Below are positions 39,180 through 52,143 of a stretch of DNA of 64,000 nt, piece by piece (the stretch's first letter is position 1; each line of letters opens with the position of its first letter). Origin of the DNA: Octopus vulgaris (lineage: Eukaryota); contig OX597832.1 of NCBI GenBank assembly GCA_951406725.2, forward strand, positions 57,536,001 to 57,600,000, given 5' to 3'. The position numbers were made by a program, and so were the translations under genes. The notes beneath the pieces are model-generated. The model did no database searches. It was not told the origin of the DNA and was given only the letters and a program-made list of their open reading frames with translations.

Positions 39180-40060
39180 TGCAGAACTGGAAAACCATTA
39201 CAGGTTTTGAGAACTAGCTTATAAAGATCGATAAATCTAGATTGTCGGTTACTTTAAGACTTGGATGTACTAATACGTCCATAACAACTTACCAAGTCTG
39301 ACAAATCTGCTCACTTGGGGCAAAAGTGAAGTACCCGCTTGTCCCTTAAGTGTAAGGGAGAGAGAGAAAGAAAGTAGTGTCAGGAATTTTCAGTAGCTGT
39401 CCTTGAGCCTTAATCAGGGGCTGCTTCCAGTAGTGGTAATTGCAGAGGGGTGGTAGCTGCCATACTTAATGGCTAGCAGATTCCACCCAAGGAAGGAGGC
39501 CATCGCATTTCTCAAATTGTGTCTACTTTCCATAGCCTCAGATTGGTTGCTAGGAGTGGATCTCATGGAACAGCTAAAGTTTCCCAAGCACAATATACCA
39601 AAGACACTCTAACCAGACAGTGTTGTCTTCTCAAATTCCACCAAACAGATGATCATATAGGAACCGTCTGTGCTGCTTTGGGGAAAAATACATGGAAGAA
39701 CTTCATGAGAGAAAGCTTGCCAAATATAAGGAGCTGGTAGAGCATTGCAGAATCCAGGGCTCATAGGTATGTTGTGAAGTAGGTTAAATAAAATATTGTC
39801 CTGTGGGGTGTTTACACTGCAATCTCTGACTGGGCTTGGAGTTACTGATGCAATAAAGAGGAGGGCCATAAATTCCATCACTGAAGTTGCAGAGAAGGCC
39901 ATTCGGTAGATTGGAGAAAGAGAGCAAACCAGTGGTTTACTGCTACTGAAATGAAAGCAATAACTTTCAACTTTGTCTGGATCAACTGGGTGAGGAAATC
40001 TGATGTTGAAAGACCCAAAATCCCACTAGGACCCCAGAGGTAAGCACTAATGGTACATCA
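39180..40060 (+). mobile_element. Heavily decayed RLE-endonuclease (HERO-like) non-LTR retrotransposon, 3' part
   Basis: Frameshifted LPS..NL..WG...CPL, SSCP, VDL.EQLKFP, PD.VVFSNSTKQ, ERKLAKYKELVEHC and EVG motifs (CCHC plus PD-(D/E)xK), then a 3' UTR TCTGATGTTGAAAGACCC. Confidence 0.75.
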
Positions 40061-41126
40061 TAGAGATCCATCAGGTTTTAGAGTGTTTCAGAGGTCTTTG
40101 AGGTTTTCTGATGTCCTAGAGGATTTCTGATGGCTTAAAGGGTTTCTGAAGTCTTAGAGATTTCTGAGTTCTTAGAGAGTTTCTGAGGTCTTAGAGGGTT
40201 TTGGGTCTTTCAACATCAGATGCCTTTGTTCTATAGACCCACTGAAGTTTGGTCAAGTCAAGCAGCAAACCACATTGGTGTATGTGAAGTGAATGAGAGA
40301 GAAGTGCTTAATACATGTTGTAGAAGGTGTGTTTATTTTTTTATAATTTTTATTGAAAACTGAGAATTTGTCTCATGCTACTGAGATCCCCAGTAAAGAA
40401 GTCTTGCCTGAGGATTGCAGTGTCATGAAACTTCACAAGTGAAACAAACTCTGTTATATACATTTATACACATTCACACACACATGCATATATATACACA
40501 CCTTTGAGCTTGTTAATAGGCACACAGGCTTACACACATATGTATATACACACACACATGCACACACGCACATCTTTATCTTATCTTCAATTGCCTATCA
40601 TGGAAGTTATGGTAATATAAGCTGAGAGTAATTTCACATTGTTGTTTCTTCACCAATATGAAATTCCCATAACGATTCCTTATGTTCAAATCAAATTTAA
40701 TTTGTCTGGAACTTTGGATGTCGTTTTTGTCATTCCCTCCGCTCTATTTTTCCTCATCACTTGCTGTTAATCGTTTCAAAAAGTTCATCTCATTTGTTGC
40801 TTCTCTAAAAGATTAACGTTATTTTTACAAGAATTTCTCTGTCTTTGATCATTTGATTTCCAAAGAAACCATTTTTCTGTCAGATCTTTCAGTGGAATTA
40901 AATTCTTTTATTGCTGCAGAAGGTAATAAATAAATAAATAAATAAATAAATAAATATATGAAAATAAAAAAAAAAAGAAGATTTTTACTAAAAAGATGTT
41001 TATTTATAAATGACCTATATTCAATCTGGAAATTAATCTTAATCACATTTGTGTTATGAAATTGTTTCAGTTTTCTTTTCCTTTTTATTGTATATGTGTG
41101 TTCATGTGTGTACCTGTATGTATGTA

Positions 41127-41173
<47 letters not shown>

Positions 41174-43464
41174 GTATAGACACACACCTACACACAAACA
41201 CATATATATATATGTGTGTGTGTGTGTGTATATCATATATGTGCATACATTTATAACTATATATACATACGCACACATGTACAGACATGCACATATAAAT
41301 ATATACACACACACATGCAAACATATACATACACACACACACACACACACAGACATGTGCACATGCACATTCACAAATATACACACATGCACATCCATGC
41401 ACTCACAGACACGTACACTCACACATACACACATGCATGCACACACACATGTACACACACACACACCTTACATATTTACACTTTACTTGTTTCTAATAAA
41501 GAAGATTTTTGTTTTAGCAAACAAGTAACCGTTTTTTGGTGCCAAGTTTTATAGGTGGAAACTTTCTCAAAGTAATTTTAATGTTGGAGACAGATTATCA
41601 ATATAATGTTTTATCATTCTCTCCTTCTTCATAATATTTTAGTTAGATTTTCTAAAAATCTCATTTTATGGGTCATGTGAGCTCTTAGCTAAGACCTTCT
41701 ATGTAGTTGTCTTAATGTTTGTAGTAGGGAATTGATATTGTTAAGGGCTAGATCCAAAACATTCCTGCCATGACCATCCCATCTGTTTGTTTGATGCTCT
41801 GAACTAAAGTACTCAATGTAGCTCTGCTTTTTTTCAGTATTATAAGCACAGATGTAGCTGTGTGGCTAACAAGCTTACTTTGCAACCATGTGGTTTTAAG
41901 TTCAATCCCTCTGTATGACACCTTGGGCAAGTGTTTTCAGTTTTAGCCCTGAGTCAACTAATGGCATGTGAGTGAATTTCATAGATGGAAACTGTGTGGA
42001 AGCCTCATCAACAATATCATCGTCGTCTCTTTTCCATGTTGGCATGGATTGGACAGTTTGACAGGAGCTAGCAAATCCAGGAGCCACAGCCACACCAGCT
42101 TCCATTGTCTATTTTGGCATGGTTTTTACGGTTGCCGGATGCCTTTCATAATGCCAACCACTTTACGGCATGGACTGGGTACTTTTACGCAACATCAGCA
42201 CAGGGCTTTTTACACGAGAGGCTAGATCTGGCTGGTTTGAGTATAAAACAAGCAGAGTATTTGGACCGGATAGGGGCCATTTTAAATGTGAAAGCGTTAT
42301 TGGTCAGACATCATTCTCTCTGATCATTTATGCTTCACCTTTCATGTTCCCTAACAGCACACATTCCTTGCATCAATGTTTCCAGACTCTATCTATCAGC
42401 CATCCCCCAGTATATCACAGTTTCATAATGTTTACACATTCCCATTTGGCATGGAAAGAGAAATTTTTTTGTTGCTATCAGATTTAACAATTCCCAGAAC
42501 ATTCTTTTTTCATTTTGCTGCATCCACTGCCATCACTTAATTAGCAGAAACTAACGAGTGGATTTAATGAGCTGTCTGAGCAATTCACAACAGGGATTCT
42601 TCTATTGTTAGTAACACCTGTGGTTGGCATTACGAAAGGCATCTAGCAACTGTAGAAGCCATTCCAAGACCGACAATGGAAGCTGGTGTGGCTCCTGGAT
42701 TGGCCAGCTCCTGTCAAACTGTCCAATCCATGCTAGCATGGAAAGGAGACGACGATGATGTTGTTGATGAGACTTCCACACAGTTTCCATGTATGAAATT
42801 CACTCACATGGCTTTAGTTGACTCAGAGCTAAAATAGAAAACAGAGATCTGAAGATCGTGTTCTATACAAGGGTTCTGTAAGCTCCATTCCTTAGCAACT
42901 CTAGCACTAATTAGATTGCTTTGAGAATAAAACTATCAGCAGCATTTCGTGAGCCAGCCCATTGCCATTAACAACATCTGTTGTTTTTAAAAAAATTTGA
43001 AGACCAAGTCCTATACCAAGTGTTTCATAGATCCACACTACATCTTTTAAGTACCCCTTTTTCATACTGATTACACATTATCAAGCTCCTTCTCACCTGA
43101 TTTCTACAAGGCCTATACTCTACATGGCAATGGTGTTTTCCACTCTTTCATAGAATCGGTACAGCATCAGACAAAATTCCTTTTTGGTATTTTTTCTGAC
43201 TCTTTAGGTTCCGAGTTCAAATCCTGCCTGGATTAACATTGCTATTTTGCTCTTCAGGACTGAAAAAAAATACCAGACAAATACTAGTGTAGATGTGACT
43301 GACTAGCCCCTCCCCTTAAAATTAATGGTGTTATACCTCAGTTAGAAATTCATACTTTATCTTTATCTCAGTGGCCTTTAGATCTTTAGACTCAAGACCA
43401 TTCTACTGATATTTTTATTGTTGTGAGAATCAAATAATCACATATTGTAAAAAAAATATATGCT

Positions 43465-43800
43465 GAGACCCCTGTCGGTCATGACTGACCATGGGATTGC
43501 ACCTAGAAAGTTAACCTCCCAGGCACAAGTCTGGGCAAGGTTGTTTATGGAAGACCAGCAGTAGTCGTCCATGCATACTGGACTCCCCTCTCCATGACAC
43601 CAGTGTTATCCAAGGGAAAGGCAAAGGCCGATACAGCTTGGTACCTGTGACGTCACAACTTGTTTTTACAGCTGAGTGAACTGGAGCAACATGAAATAAA
43701 GTGTCTTGCTCAAGAACACAACAAAATCCTGGTCCGGGGTTCGAACTCACAATCTCATGATTGTATGCTCGACGCTCTAACCACTGAGCCATGCACCTTC
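43465..43800 (-). mobile_element. SINE family C, full length
   Basis: Reverse complement of 15646-15982. Confidence 0.87.
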
Positions 43801-44595
43801 ATGAATATATATATATATATATATATATATGCATTGTGTTATAAATTACTAGCAATGCACACTGGTGTTACCCAGGTGTTATGACCTACAGCCACATTGT
43901 ATTATTTGTTCCTTTCTTATGGGCAGAATTGGCACACGAGGAGTATGAAGCAAACAGTTCTTTATAAACATGTTTTTCAGTCATTTTCTGATGAACAACA
44001 CTGCTGTTTCCATCTACCAAATTCAGTGACAAGTCTGTGGTTGGCCTAGGGCTATAGTAGAAAACACTTGCCCAAGGTACCATGCAGAGGGACTGAACAT
44101 AGAGCCATGTGGTTGGGAAGCAAACTTCTCAACCAGACAGTCATTCTTGCACCTAATATGTGTGTGTGTGTGTTTACATTTGTTGTTAAATCAAGTATTA
44201 TGTCCCACTATGTCTCAAAGTTAGCAGTTCATCAAGCAGAGATCTATAAAATAAATGCCAGATTGAAATATGTACTGAGGTCAGTATGATCAATTAAATT
44301 TTTAAAGGTGATCCCCCATCATGGCGACAGTCAAAAGACTAAACCCAGTAAAATACTGTTTAAAGAGTTAACAGCTTCGAATTTAAGGTAAAAGATTACT
44401 AGCCACAAGATAACAAGTTCAAAGCTTCGTATTGAATTTCCACTCTGTACGTTAACACTATATGTACATCTCAGTTCAACGATCAATAATAGTAATTTGA
44501 AGTTGAATGGTTAGCAGTTTGGAAAGATGTCCAAATTTCTTTAAAAAATTATTGTGCAAAATATTCCGAGAAAAAGTATTTTTTCAGAACACACG

Positions 44596-44651
<56 letters not shown>

Positions 44652-45173
44652 TATCTGTGGTAACTTGAGCTACTTCTGATAGCAGCCAAATCTCTCTTAA
44701 AACTCACCCTTTCAGCAAAGGAAGACACAGATATACAGTATTTCAGGAAGAAAAAATCTATACATAAATAAATAAACTATGCGGTGGGTCTGCTACATTA
44801 AAGGCATCTCTGGGCTAAACAAAACAAAGTCAAACATACTTCACATTAGAAGATTAGCTACTAAATAATACTGATAAAGTTGACAGCATATCTTCGAAGT
44901 TTTATTCCCTGGTAAAACTCCATTCATTTTAAACATTTTCTCATTATGCTTTATGTAAGAGGGAGATTGTTCAGGTAGAATTGCCTCTCTTAGCTAAAGA
45001 CCTCAGAATTGTGCAACCCAACATTGTTTTCGAGGTTATTTTTGTAGTAAAAAAGAGTCGTTGTGCAAAAAATATACTTCATTTGGTTGCGGAAAAAATA
45101 CTGAATCTTTTGATACCTCATATGTCAAAATTGGCAACTCAGTTTTCAAAGCCATAAGGAACATATGTACACA

Positions 45174-45218
<45 letters not shown>

Positions 45219-46436
45219 AAAGTTTGTTTTATATATCAAGATTACATATTACATTTCATACATTATTACATATTACATGTTACACAAATTCTTAAATAGA
45301 ACCAGATCTGAACTCTTGTCATTTAGCTTCAAGAACCATATGGAACAGTAGAAAGGGAGGATAGAGCTGTGGCAATTACCTGCCTGTACATTAAGTTCTT
45401 CATTAAATTACAGTTCAACCATATTCTTGCTAACCACACCCTTTTATATGGTGTGCACAGAAGTAATTGTGTCATTAGAAACATGACACTTGTGGTGCCA
45501 TGTCTTGGTACAGCCCAAACCTTTATCTTATGAAGACTAGTATACCTTCATTTAACTTCATTATAATTCTCTGACCTGCTGTTAACATTTGCTTTATCAG
45601 TGTTCGTAATAGCTTCACACCTGTGTATATAGTTTGCCTTTGAACAAGTCAGTGTCGGTACTGCTTTACTGAACTTTTCTCAAATTCTCGACTAAGTTTC
45701 TAACAAAATGTGATCTACAAAATAACTGAATGAAAAAAAAAAAATAATAATAAAAGAACTAACAATTTTCTAGGTGAAAACATTATCAAACATCTCATGT
45801 TTGAAAAAAAAAATTGTACCTATGGGTAATGCTTCCCAGACCTTATTAATAAATAATAACTAGGAATAAAGAAGGATTGAGAAGCAGTATAAGAGATGGA
45901 GAGAGAGATAAGAGAGACAGAAAAGAGTCAGAGAAGAGAAAGGGAACACAGAGAGAAGGCAGAGAACGAGAAAGAAAATGCCAATGGCTATCAAAATTCC
46001 AGTATATTTGTGTATTTATGTATGTTCCCTGTATGCCTATCACATAATCTTCTAACAAGTTCTTTGAAATTCTGAGGATCTTTGCTTGCTATGGTTTTTT
46101 CCTTTGAAGGCTAAAAACTAAATGCCATTGCTAGGAAAATCGTTTTTATATTTTTTTTTCTTCGAGAAAAAAATGGTGTCCATTTATATCAGCTGACATT
46201 TTGTTTTGAAACAAAATGTTTGCAGCTGAACTCCAAAAATAAGCTCAAGAAAAGCTTTCTCTGTTTTTTTTTTCAACGGAGATGATAGTTATCAAATTAA
46301 CTTGACACTGAATATAAAGACCTGCCAACGTAGTTGACAGGAACAAAAAAAAAAATAGAAAAAAAAAATACAAATTGGATTAAAGAAGAAATTGATGAAT
46401 TACACTTTTAATCATAATTCAGATCAATCTTGGTTA

Positions 46437-46948
46437 CTGTAAATCCTTGAGTATAGTCCGCCCTTGAGTATAATACGCAGGGGATTTTTAGGAGGCTGTA
46501 CCTCTGAAAAATCTAAATGTTGTGTATAATACGCACCCCTTCTCTAACTTGAGTCAAGGAGGTCTATATAACGTTCTTGGTTTGTAAAAATGTATACTGT
46601 AACGTCCTTTATTATTATTGTATATATAACATAATGCAAACGTGTAGCTTTTTTGTGCATTTTGTTTTCAGAAAATAAAGAAATAACAGTACTAACGTTT
46701 AATAAATGTTGCTTACTGCAAGTTACGGATGATTCTTTTATGACTTCATTGCTTTCAGGCTTAGCTTAAGGTATTTTCACACCCAACATCACAAAATGTG
46801 TCTGAATAAACATTGCCGGACAGCAAATAGAGACTCGGACATTGCTTAGAAAATAATTTTCACTTTTAACCTTGTATATAGTACGCATTAGGGATTTTGA
46901 CCTTTAAATTCTGAGAAAAAAATGCGGATTATACTCGAGGATTTACGG
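46437..46948. mobile_element. Tc1/mariner-pogo-type MITE with TA target duplication
   Basis: TA-CTGTAAATCCTTGAGTATAGTCCGC ... GCGGATTATACTCGAGGATTTACGG-TA terminal inverted repeats, with subterminal GTATAATACGCA repeats. Confidence 0.88.
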
Positions 46949-47356
46949 TACTCTTTTAGTCTAAATCTGATGTGTAAATCATGCAGACTAATCATTGATC
47001 ACCTTTCATGGGTTTGTCTGTAAAACAAGGGTTATGCCCATGGCATTGGCAGTGTTTCAGACTGGATGGGCAAGGGAATAAACAATGATTCACCGGGAAC
47101 TGCAGTAAGATGCAGTACATTAGGGCATTGATTGGAGGCTGGTTTGAAATGTCATCATCATTGTCACCATCACCACTCTTGTTGCCGCCAATGTCATCAA
47201 CGATGACACCTGGACATTATTATCTCATGGCCAAAGAGTCATAGGTCCAGTTACCTGGTTTTCGTACTGTGCAAGTGGTCAAGATTGCAACTTTCCTTCT
47301 GAATGGGGTACCATTTCATTGTCTTTTTTTTTGTGAAATGAAGTACAGAGAAGTGC

Positions 47357-48050
47357 TTAACCCTTTAGCCTTTTAAACCAGTCGTATCCAATCCAAATAC
47401 TCTACCTGTTTTATGTTTAACCCTTTCGTTACCGTATTTCTTTTCAGATGCCTTGTGTTTCTTTCAATCAATTTTAAATATAACAAAGAATTTAGTAAAA
47501 TAACTTAGTTATCATTAAGCTAGAGCTAGGAACATAAATTGTGACTAAGATTTGGTAGAAGATTTTAATTCAAGACTTATGTAAACAAGAATTGTTCTAC
47601 AGAGCCAGAGCTGGTTTCAGCCAGGTTGGTATCGAAAAGGTTAAGAATTGTTTCTCTATTATATATTTTAACCCTTTTGTTACCATATTTCTGTTGTTAC
47701 TGTATTTCTTTCAATTAATTTTAAATATAACAAAGAATTTAGTAAAATAACTTAGTTATCACTAAGCTAGTGTTAGGAACATAAATTGTGACTAAGGTTT
47801 GGTAGAAGATTTTTATTCAAAAACATAAAACAAGACATTTGTACTCAGAGCCAGAGCCAGTTTCAGTCAGGTTGGGAACGAAGGAATTAAACGAGCCAGA
47901 TCTGGCTCCTCACACCTACTCTACAATGTCACTCTAAAAATATATTGTCACACCATCAAAAATTTTGAAGGTATCTGATAAAGCATTATTAATTAAGAAC
48001 AATGTCAATAAATAAGCATTACATTTGACAGAGGACAAAGAAGCTAAAAA
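47357..48050. mobile_element. Nested piggyBac-type MITEs: a host with two inserted ~225-bp copies
   Basis: Host starts TTAA-CCCTTTAGC. Inserts at 47417-47644 and 47668-47890 are each bounded by TTAA with CCCTTT(C/T)G...CGAA(A)AGG ends. Confidence 0.8.
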
Positions 48051-48444
48051 TGTCTATATACTGTGATTGGTAGTTCTTGCACACACATTTTTCTTTTCTG
48101 CATGTATTGCGTAAGCTTGTTTTGAAGCTGGGTTTCTTCAGTCTTCATCAATCACACCAGTTTGACTAGGCCGAGAGTGATGAAGAGTTTTGTTTTCTCC
48201 CCCTAACCTCAACTAACTTTTAAAATTTGAAAATTAAAAGAAAAAATGTTGGAGGAAGATGAGGTTATTTTGTGAAAGTGAGTGTGTAAGTGGCTGGAAA
48301 ATATATACTGGATGGAAATGCAACTTGGGCTGCCAAAATAGCTAAAAATTAATTATTATTTAATAATTAATTTTATGAGTCGTCACTAGAGCTAGAAATG
48401 AATTGTTATTTAACAATTAATATCTTGAGATAATTAATACTCTT

Positions 48445-48856
48445 TAGTCTTTTCCTTACTTGTTTCAGTCATTTGACTGTGGCCATGCTGGAGCACCGCC
48501 TTTAGTCGAGCAAATCAACCCCAGGACTTATTCTTTGTAAGCCTAGTACTTACTATATCGGTCTCTTTTGCTGAACCGCTAAGTTACAGGGACGTAAACA
48601 CACCAGCATCGGTTGTCAAACAATGTTGTGGGGAGGGGGGACAAACAGACACACACAAACATATACACACACATACATATATACATACATACAACAGGCT
48701 TCTTTCAGTTTCCATCTACCAAACCCACTCACAAGGCTTTGGTTGGCCCGAGGCTATAGTAGAAGATACTTGCCCAAGGTGCCATGCAGTGGGACTGAAC
48801 CCGGAACCATGTAGTTGGTAAGCAAGCTACTTACCACACAGCCACTCCTACGCCTA
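48445..48856 (-). mobile_element. SINE family A, full length
   Basis: Reverse complement of 59954-60353. Confidence 0.9.
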
Positions 48857-49203
48857 TCTCCATCTTTTCCTTGTGAGTTACTGGTGGTGCATAAAAAGCA
48901 CCTTTTCAGTGTCAGGCCCCAAAGAGGCAAAGTGGCCAGTGGCATGTGAAAAGTACCTTTTGAGCAATGAGCATCACAGAGGCAATGACGAACAAGCCAA
49001 GTAAAATCACAGTCATGGCAGATACTAGTGTCACACAAATGGCACCTGTGCCAGCAGCACATAAAAGCACTCATTACACTCTGTAAAAGGCTTGGCATTA
49101 GGAAGGGCATCCAGTTGTAGAAACCATGCCAAATCAGACTGGAGTCTGGTGCAGCCATCCAGCTTGCCAGCTCTGGTCAAACATGGACAACAAACATTAG
49201 ATG

Positions 49204-49239
<36 letters not shown>

Positions 49240-50137
49240 GTGATGATGATATTGCAGAGTTTTTTATACTTCTTTTGCCAACTAAGTGGTAAATTTCTGT
49301 TCATGAAGAATTTTTTCTATCTCCATTGCAATGTATCGTGTCTTTGATTTAGCCTATTCGATACCATCTGCCTATGTGGATTGTTTTCTCAGCTCCGTTT
49401 TGGTTAATATTAAACAAATAATTCCTGGTCAAAAGTCTTTGAGTATGTTTTTGTTTATATGTAAAAATGTTCTGTCTTCTCACTGCTTGCATCAAGGTGC
49501 CTGACATGGTGTTCAAGCACTAAATTAAGATACACACACACACACACACGTGTGTGTGTATGTTTGTGTATGTGTGTGTCTCCTTGATTGTCTTGACATC
49601 AAATGATAGCTGTAAACAAGTGTCACTGTCATATGACCAGTGTCAATCATTTCCAGTTAAGCAGTAAATTTGGAAGCAGGTGGGGCAGGTGATTGCTAGT
49701 GACTGGAAAGGCATCAATAAATTCCATCTGGCCCATGATATATATACATATATCTATATCTGTGTGCCAATTTGCTTAGTTATATACATATATACTGTAA
49801 TCCCTTGCCATTTTGTGGTTCACCTATCGTGCACTTAGTACATCACAGTTCACTTATCACACACTCAGTACATCACAGATTTTTCTGGCTAATATATGTA
49901 AGTTTGTATTGTGGACTCCTCAGTATATCCAGGTTTCTGTGGCTGATAAGTATTTATATTTTTTTTTATTTTAATTATTTCTCTGAGAGATTTTGGAACA
50001 TAGTGCCCATGACAGTTGAGGGATTACTACATATTAAAAAAATCTAGGCAGCTATTGCGTCTTTCTCATTATTTAGTTAAAGCCAGTGTTGCTGCTATAA
50101 CATTCAGTTTTGTTTTTCTGATCTTCAATTTATATAC

Positions 50138-50840
50138 TCTTTTCTACTCTAGGTACAAGGCCTGGGATTTTTCGGTTTTTTTTTTTTGGTGGGAAGGGGG
50201 CCAATCAATTAGATCGACCCCCAGATACCACTGGTACTTAATGTATTGACTCCAAAAGGATGAAAAGTAAAGTTGACCTCAGCGGAATTTGAACTCACAA
50301 TGTAAAGACAGGTGAAATACCACTAAGCATTTCACCTGGTCTGCTAACGTTTTTGCCAGTTCGCTGCCTTTGGTGCATAAATTATTCTTTTCTATTCTAG
50401 GCACAGGGTCCCAAATTTTTCTGTGGGGGATGGGACCAGTATGTAACTGGTACTCCAGTATGTAACTGGTACTTAATGTATCAATCTTGAAAGGATGAAA
50501 AGCAAAGTCGACCTCAGTGGAATTTGAACTCACAACGTAAAGACAGGCGAAATACCGCTAAGCATTTCACCAGGCCTGCTAACGTTTCTGCCAGCTCGCT
50601 GCCTTTGGAGCATAAATTATTCTTTTCTACTCCAGGCACAGGGCCTGATATTTTTTTGCAGGGGATGGGGCCAGTTAATTAGATTGGCCCCAGTACGTAA
50701 CTGGTACTTAATGCATCGACCCCAAAAGGATGAAAAGCAAAGCTGACCTCAGTGGAATTTGAACTCACAACGTAAAGACAAGCGAAATACCACTAAGCAT
50801 TTCACCCAGACTGCTAATAATTCTGCCAGCCTGCTGCCTT
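50138..50840 (-). mobile_element. Head-to-tail triplication of SINE family B
   Basis: Three ~235-bp units separated by GG(T/A)GCATAAATTA. Confidence 0.88.
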
Positions 50841-51512
50841 CTCCAATTTATATATTGAATCAAGCATTATTATATTATTTTAAGACCGAATTTAAACATA
50901 TTTGTATAGAAGTATAAACATGAAAAATACGTACATATACAGGTACATAGACACTCACACACACACACACACACACGTCTATGTATGTATAAGATCAATT
51001 TAGATTGCTGAAGAAATTTGCAGAACGCAATATGTCACAATCAAACTCTAATTAATCGATGTCTTAGGATTTAATATAATGTAATAACGAAGATGAAAAG
51101 AAAAGAGAAATACTTATCAGTTTACATCAATGGGAGAAATGGTTTCATCATCATCATTATCATCATTATCATCATAGTTTAACGTTCGTTTTCCATGCTG
51201 GCATGGGTTGGATGGTTTGACTGGGGACTGGTAAGCCAGGAGGCTGCACCAGGCTCCAATCTGATCTGGCAATGTTTCTGCAGCTGGATGCCCTTCCTAA
51301 TGCCAACCACTCCGTGAATGTAGTGGGTGCTTTTTACGAATAAATGAATTAATATAATCAAAGAAAATATAAGGTGTGATACACCTTTTGAGTTATGTAA
51401 AACATGTTCTGATTGACTTGGAAACATGTGTAGTCTGCATTTACCTTCTTCGTTCCCTACATCCTTTAAATTATATATAAATACTCTGGAAATTATGTTT
51501 GTATATGACAGA

Positions 51513-51587
51513 CTATGCTGATGAGCTTGCAGATTTTCACGTATGCATATGCGTGAATTTTAACAAGTGAAACTGATCGGTACATAG
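51513..51587 (+). ncRNA. Type-I hammerhead ribozyme, intact core, sense to IFT80
   Basis: CTATG-CTGATGA-[GCTTG...TTCACGTAT-gcat-ATGCGTGAA...CAAGT]-GAAA-CTGATCGG-TA-CATAG. Stem I is 5/5 and the predicted GUA cleavage is after 51582. Confidence 0.85.
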
Positions 51588-52007
51588 GTAATTGTTATTA
51601 TTTCGTATATTTTCATTTGTCTTGCTTATTTTTTTACACTTTGGTTTTGTGCTGAGTTTTTACTTGAGAACACATTCTTCGTGGAAAATAGCGATTTTGA
51701 CGTCTATATCTAGCATATTGACCGTCCACTTTTTAGTGGTCAGTCCTTTAAATTTTGTACATACATACATATATATTACGTATATATATGGTTTTATCTT
51801 TTACTTATTCCAATCAATAGACTGCTGCCATGCTGGAGCACAATCTTGATGAATTTTTAGTTTGGTGAATCAACCTCATTGCCAGTTATATATACTATGT
51901 ATTTATTTATGTATGTACATATGTTTGTGTGTGTGTGTGTGTGTGTATGTTTAACTCATATGAAATAATAGCATTGTGTGATTTTTCTGTTTTTTTTACC
52001 ATTCCAG

Positions 52008-52143
52008 TTGGAGGTGGTTGAAATTGCTTTGGACCAATGTGGTCATGCTAATGAAAGACGTTTGGCAATTGTTGACAGAAATAGAGATCTTTATTTAACA
52101 ACCGTCCGTTTGTTTGGCCATACCAGAACATTTCTAAAACTTG
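52008..52143 (+). CDS. IFT80: Intraflagellar transport protein 80, next internal coding exon
   Basis: Acceptor tttttttaccattccAG, donor G|GTAAGT. Encodes LEVVEIALDQCGHANERRLAIVDRNRDLYLTTVRLFGHTRTFLKL(G), matching IFT80 [28 protein letters not shown]...IIKLG, which directly follows the peptide of the 19365 exon. Confidence 0.92.

Larger units (their letters stand above)
19430..52007 (+). other. IFT80: 32,578-bp phase-0 GT-AG intron of IFT80
   Basis: Bounded by the two exons, whose peptides are contiguous in IFT80 orthologues (...HK|LE...). Confidence 0.85.

Noticed and set aside
51385-51440. Second hammerhead-like GAAACATGTGTA upstream of the 51513 ribozyme
   Set aside because: No CUGANGA box or stem I partner could be assigned.
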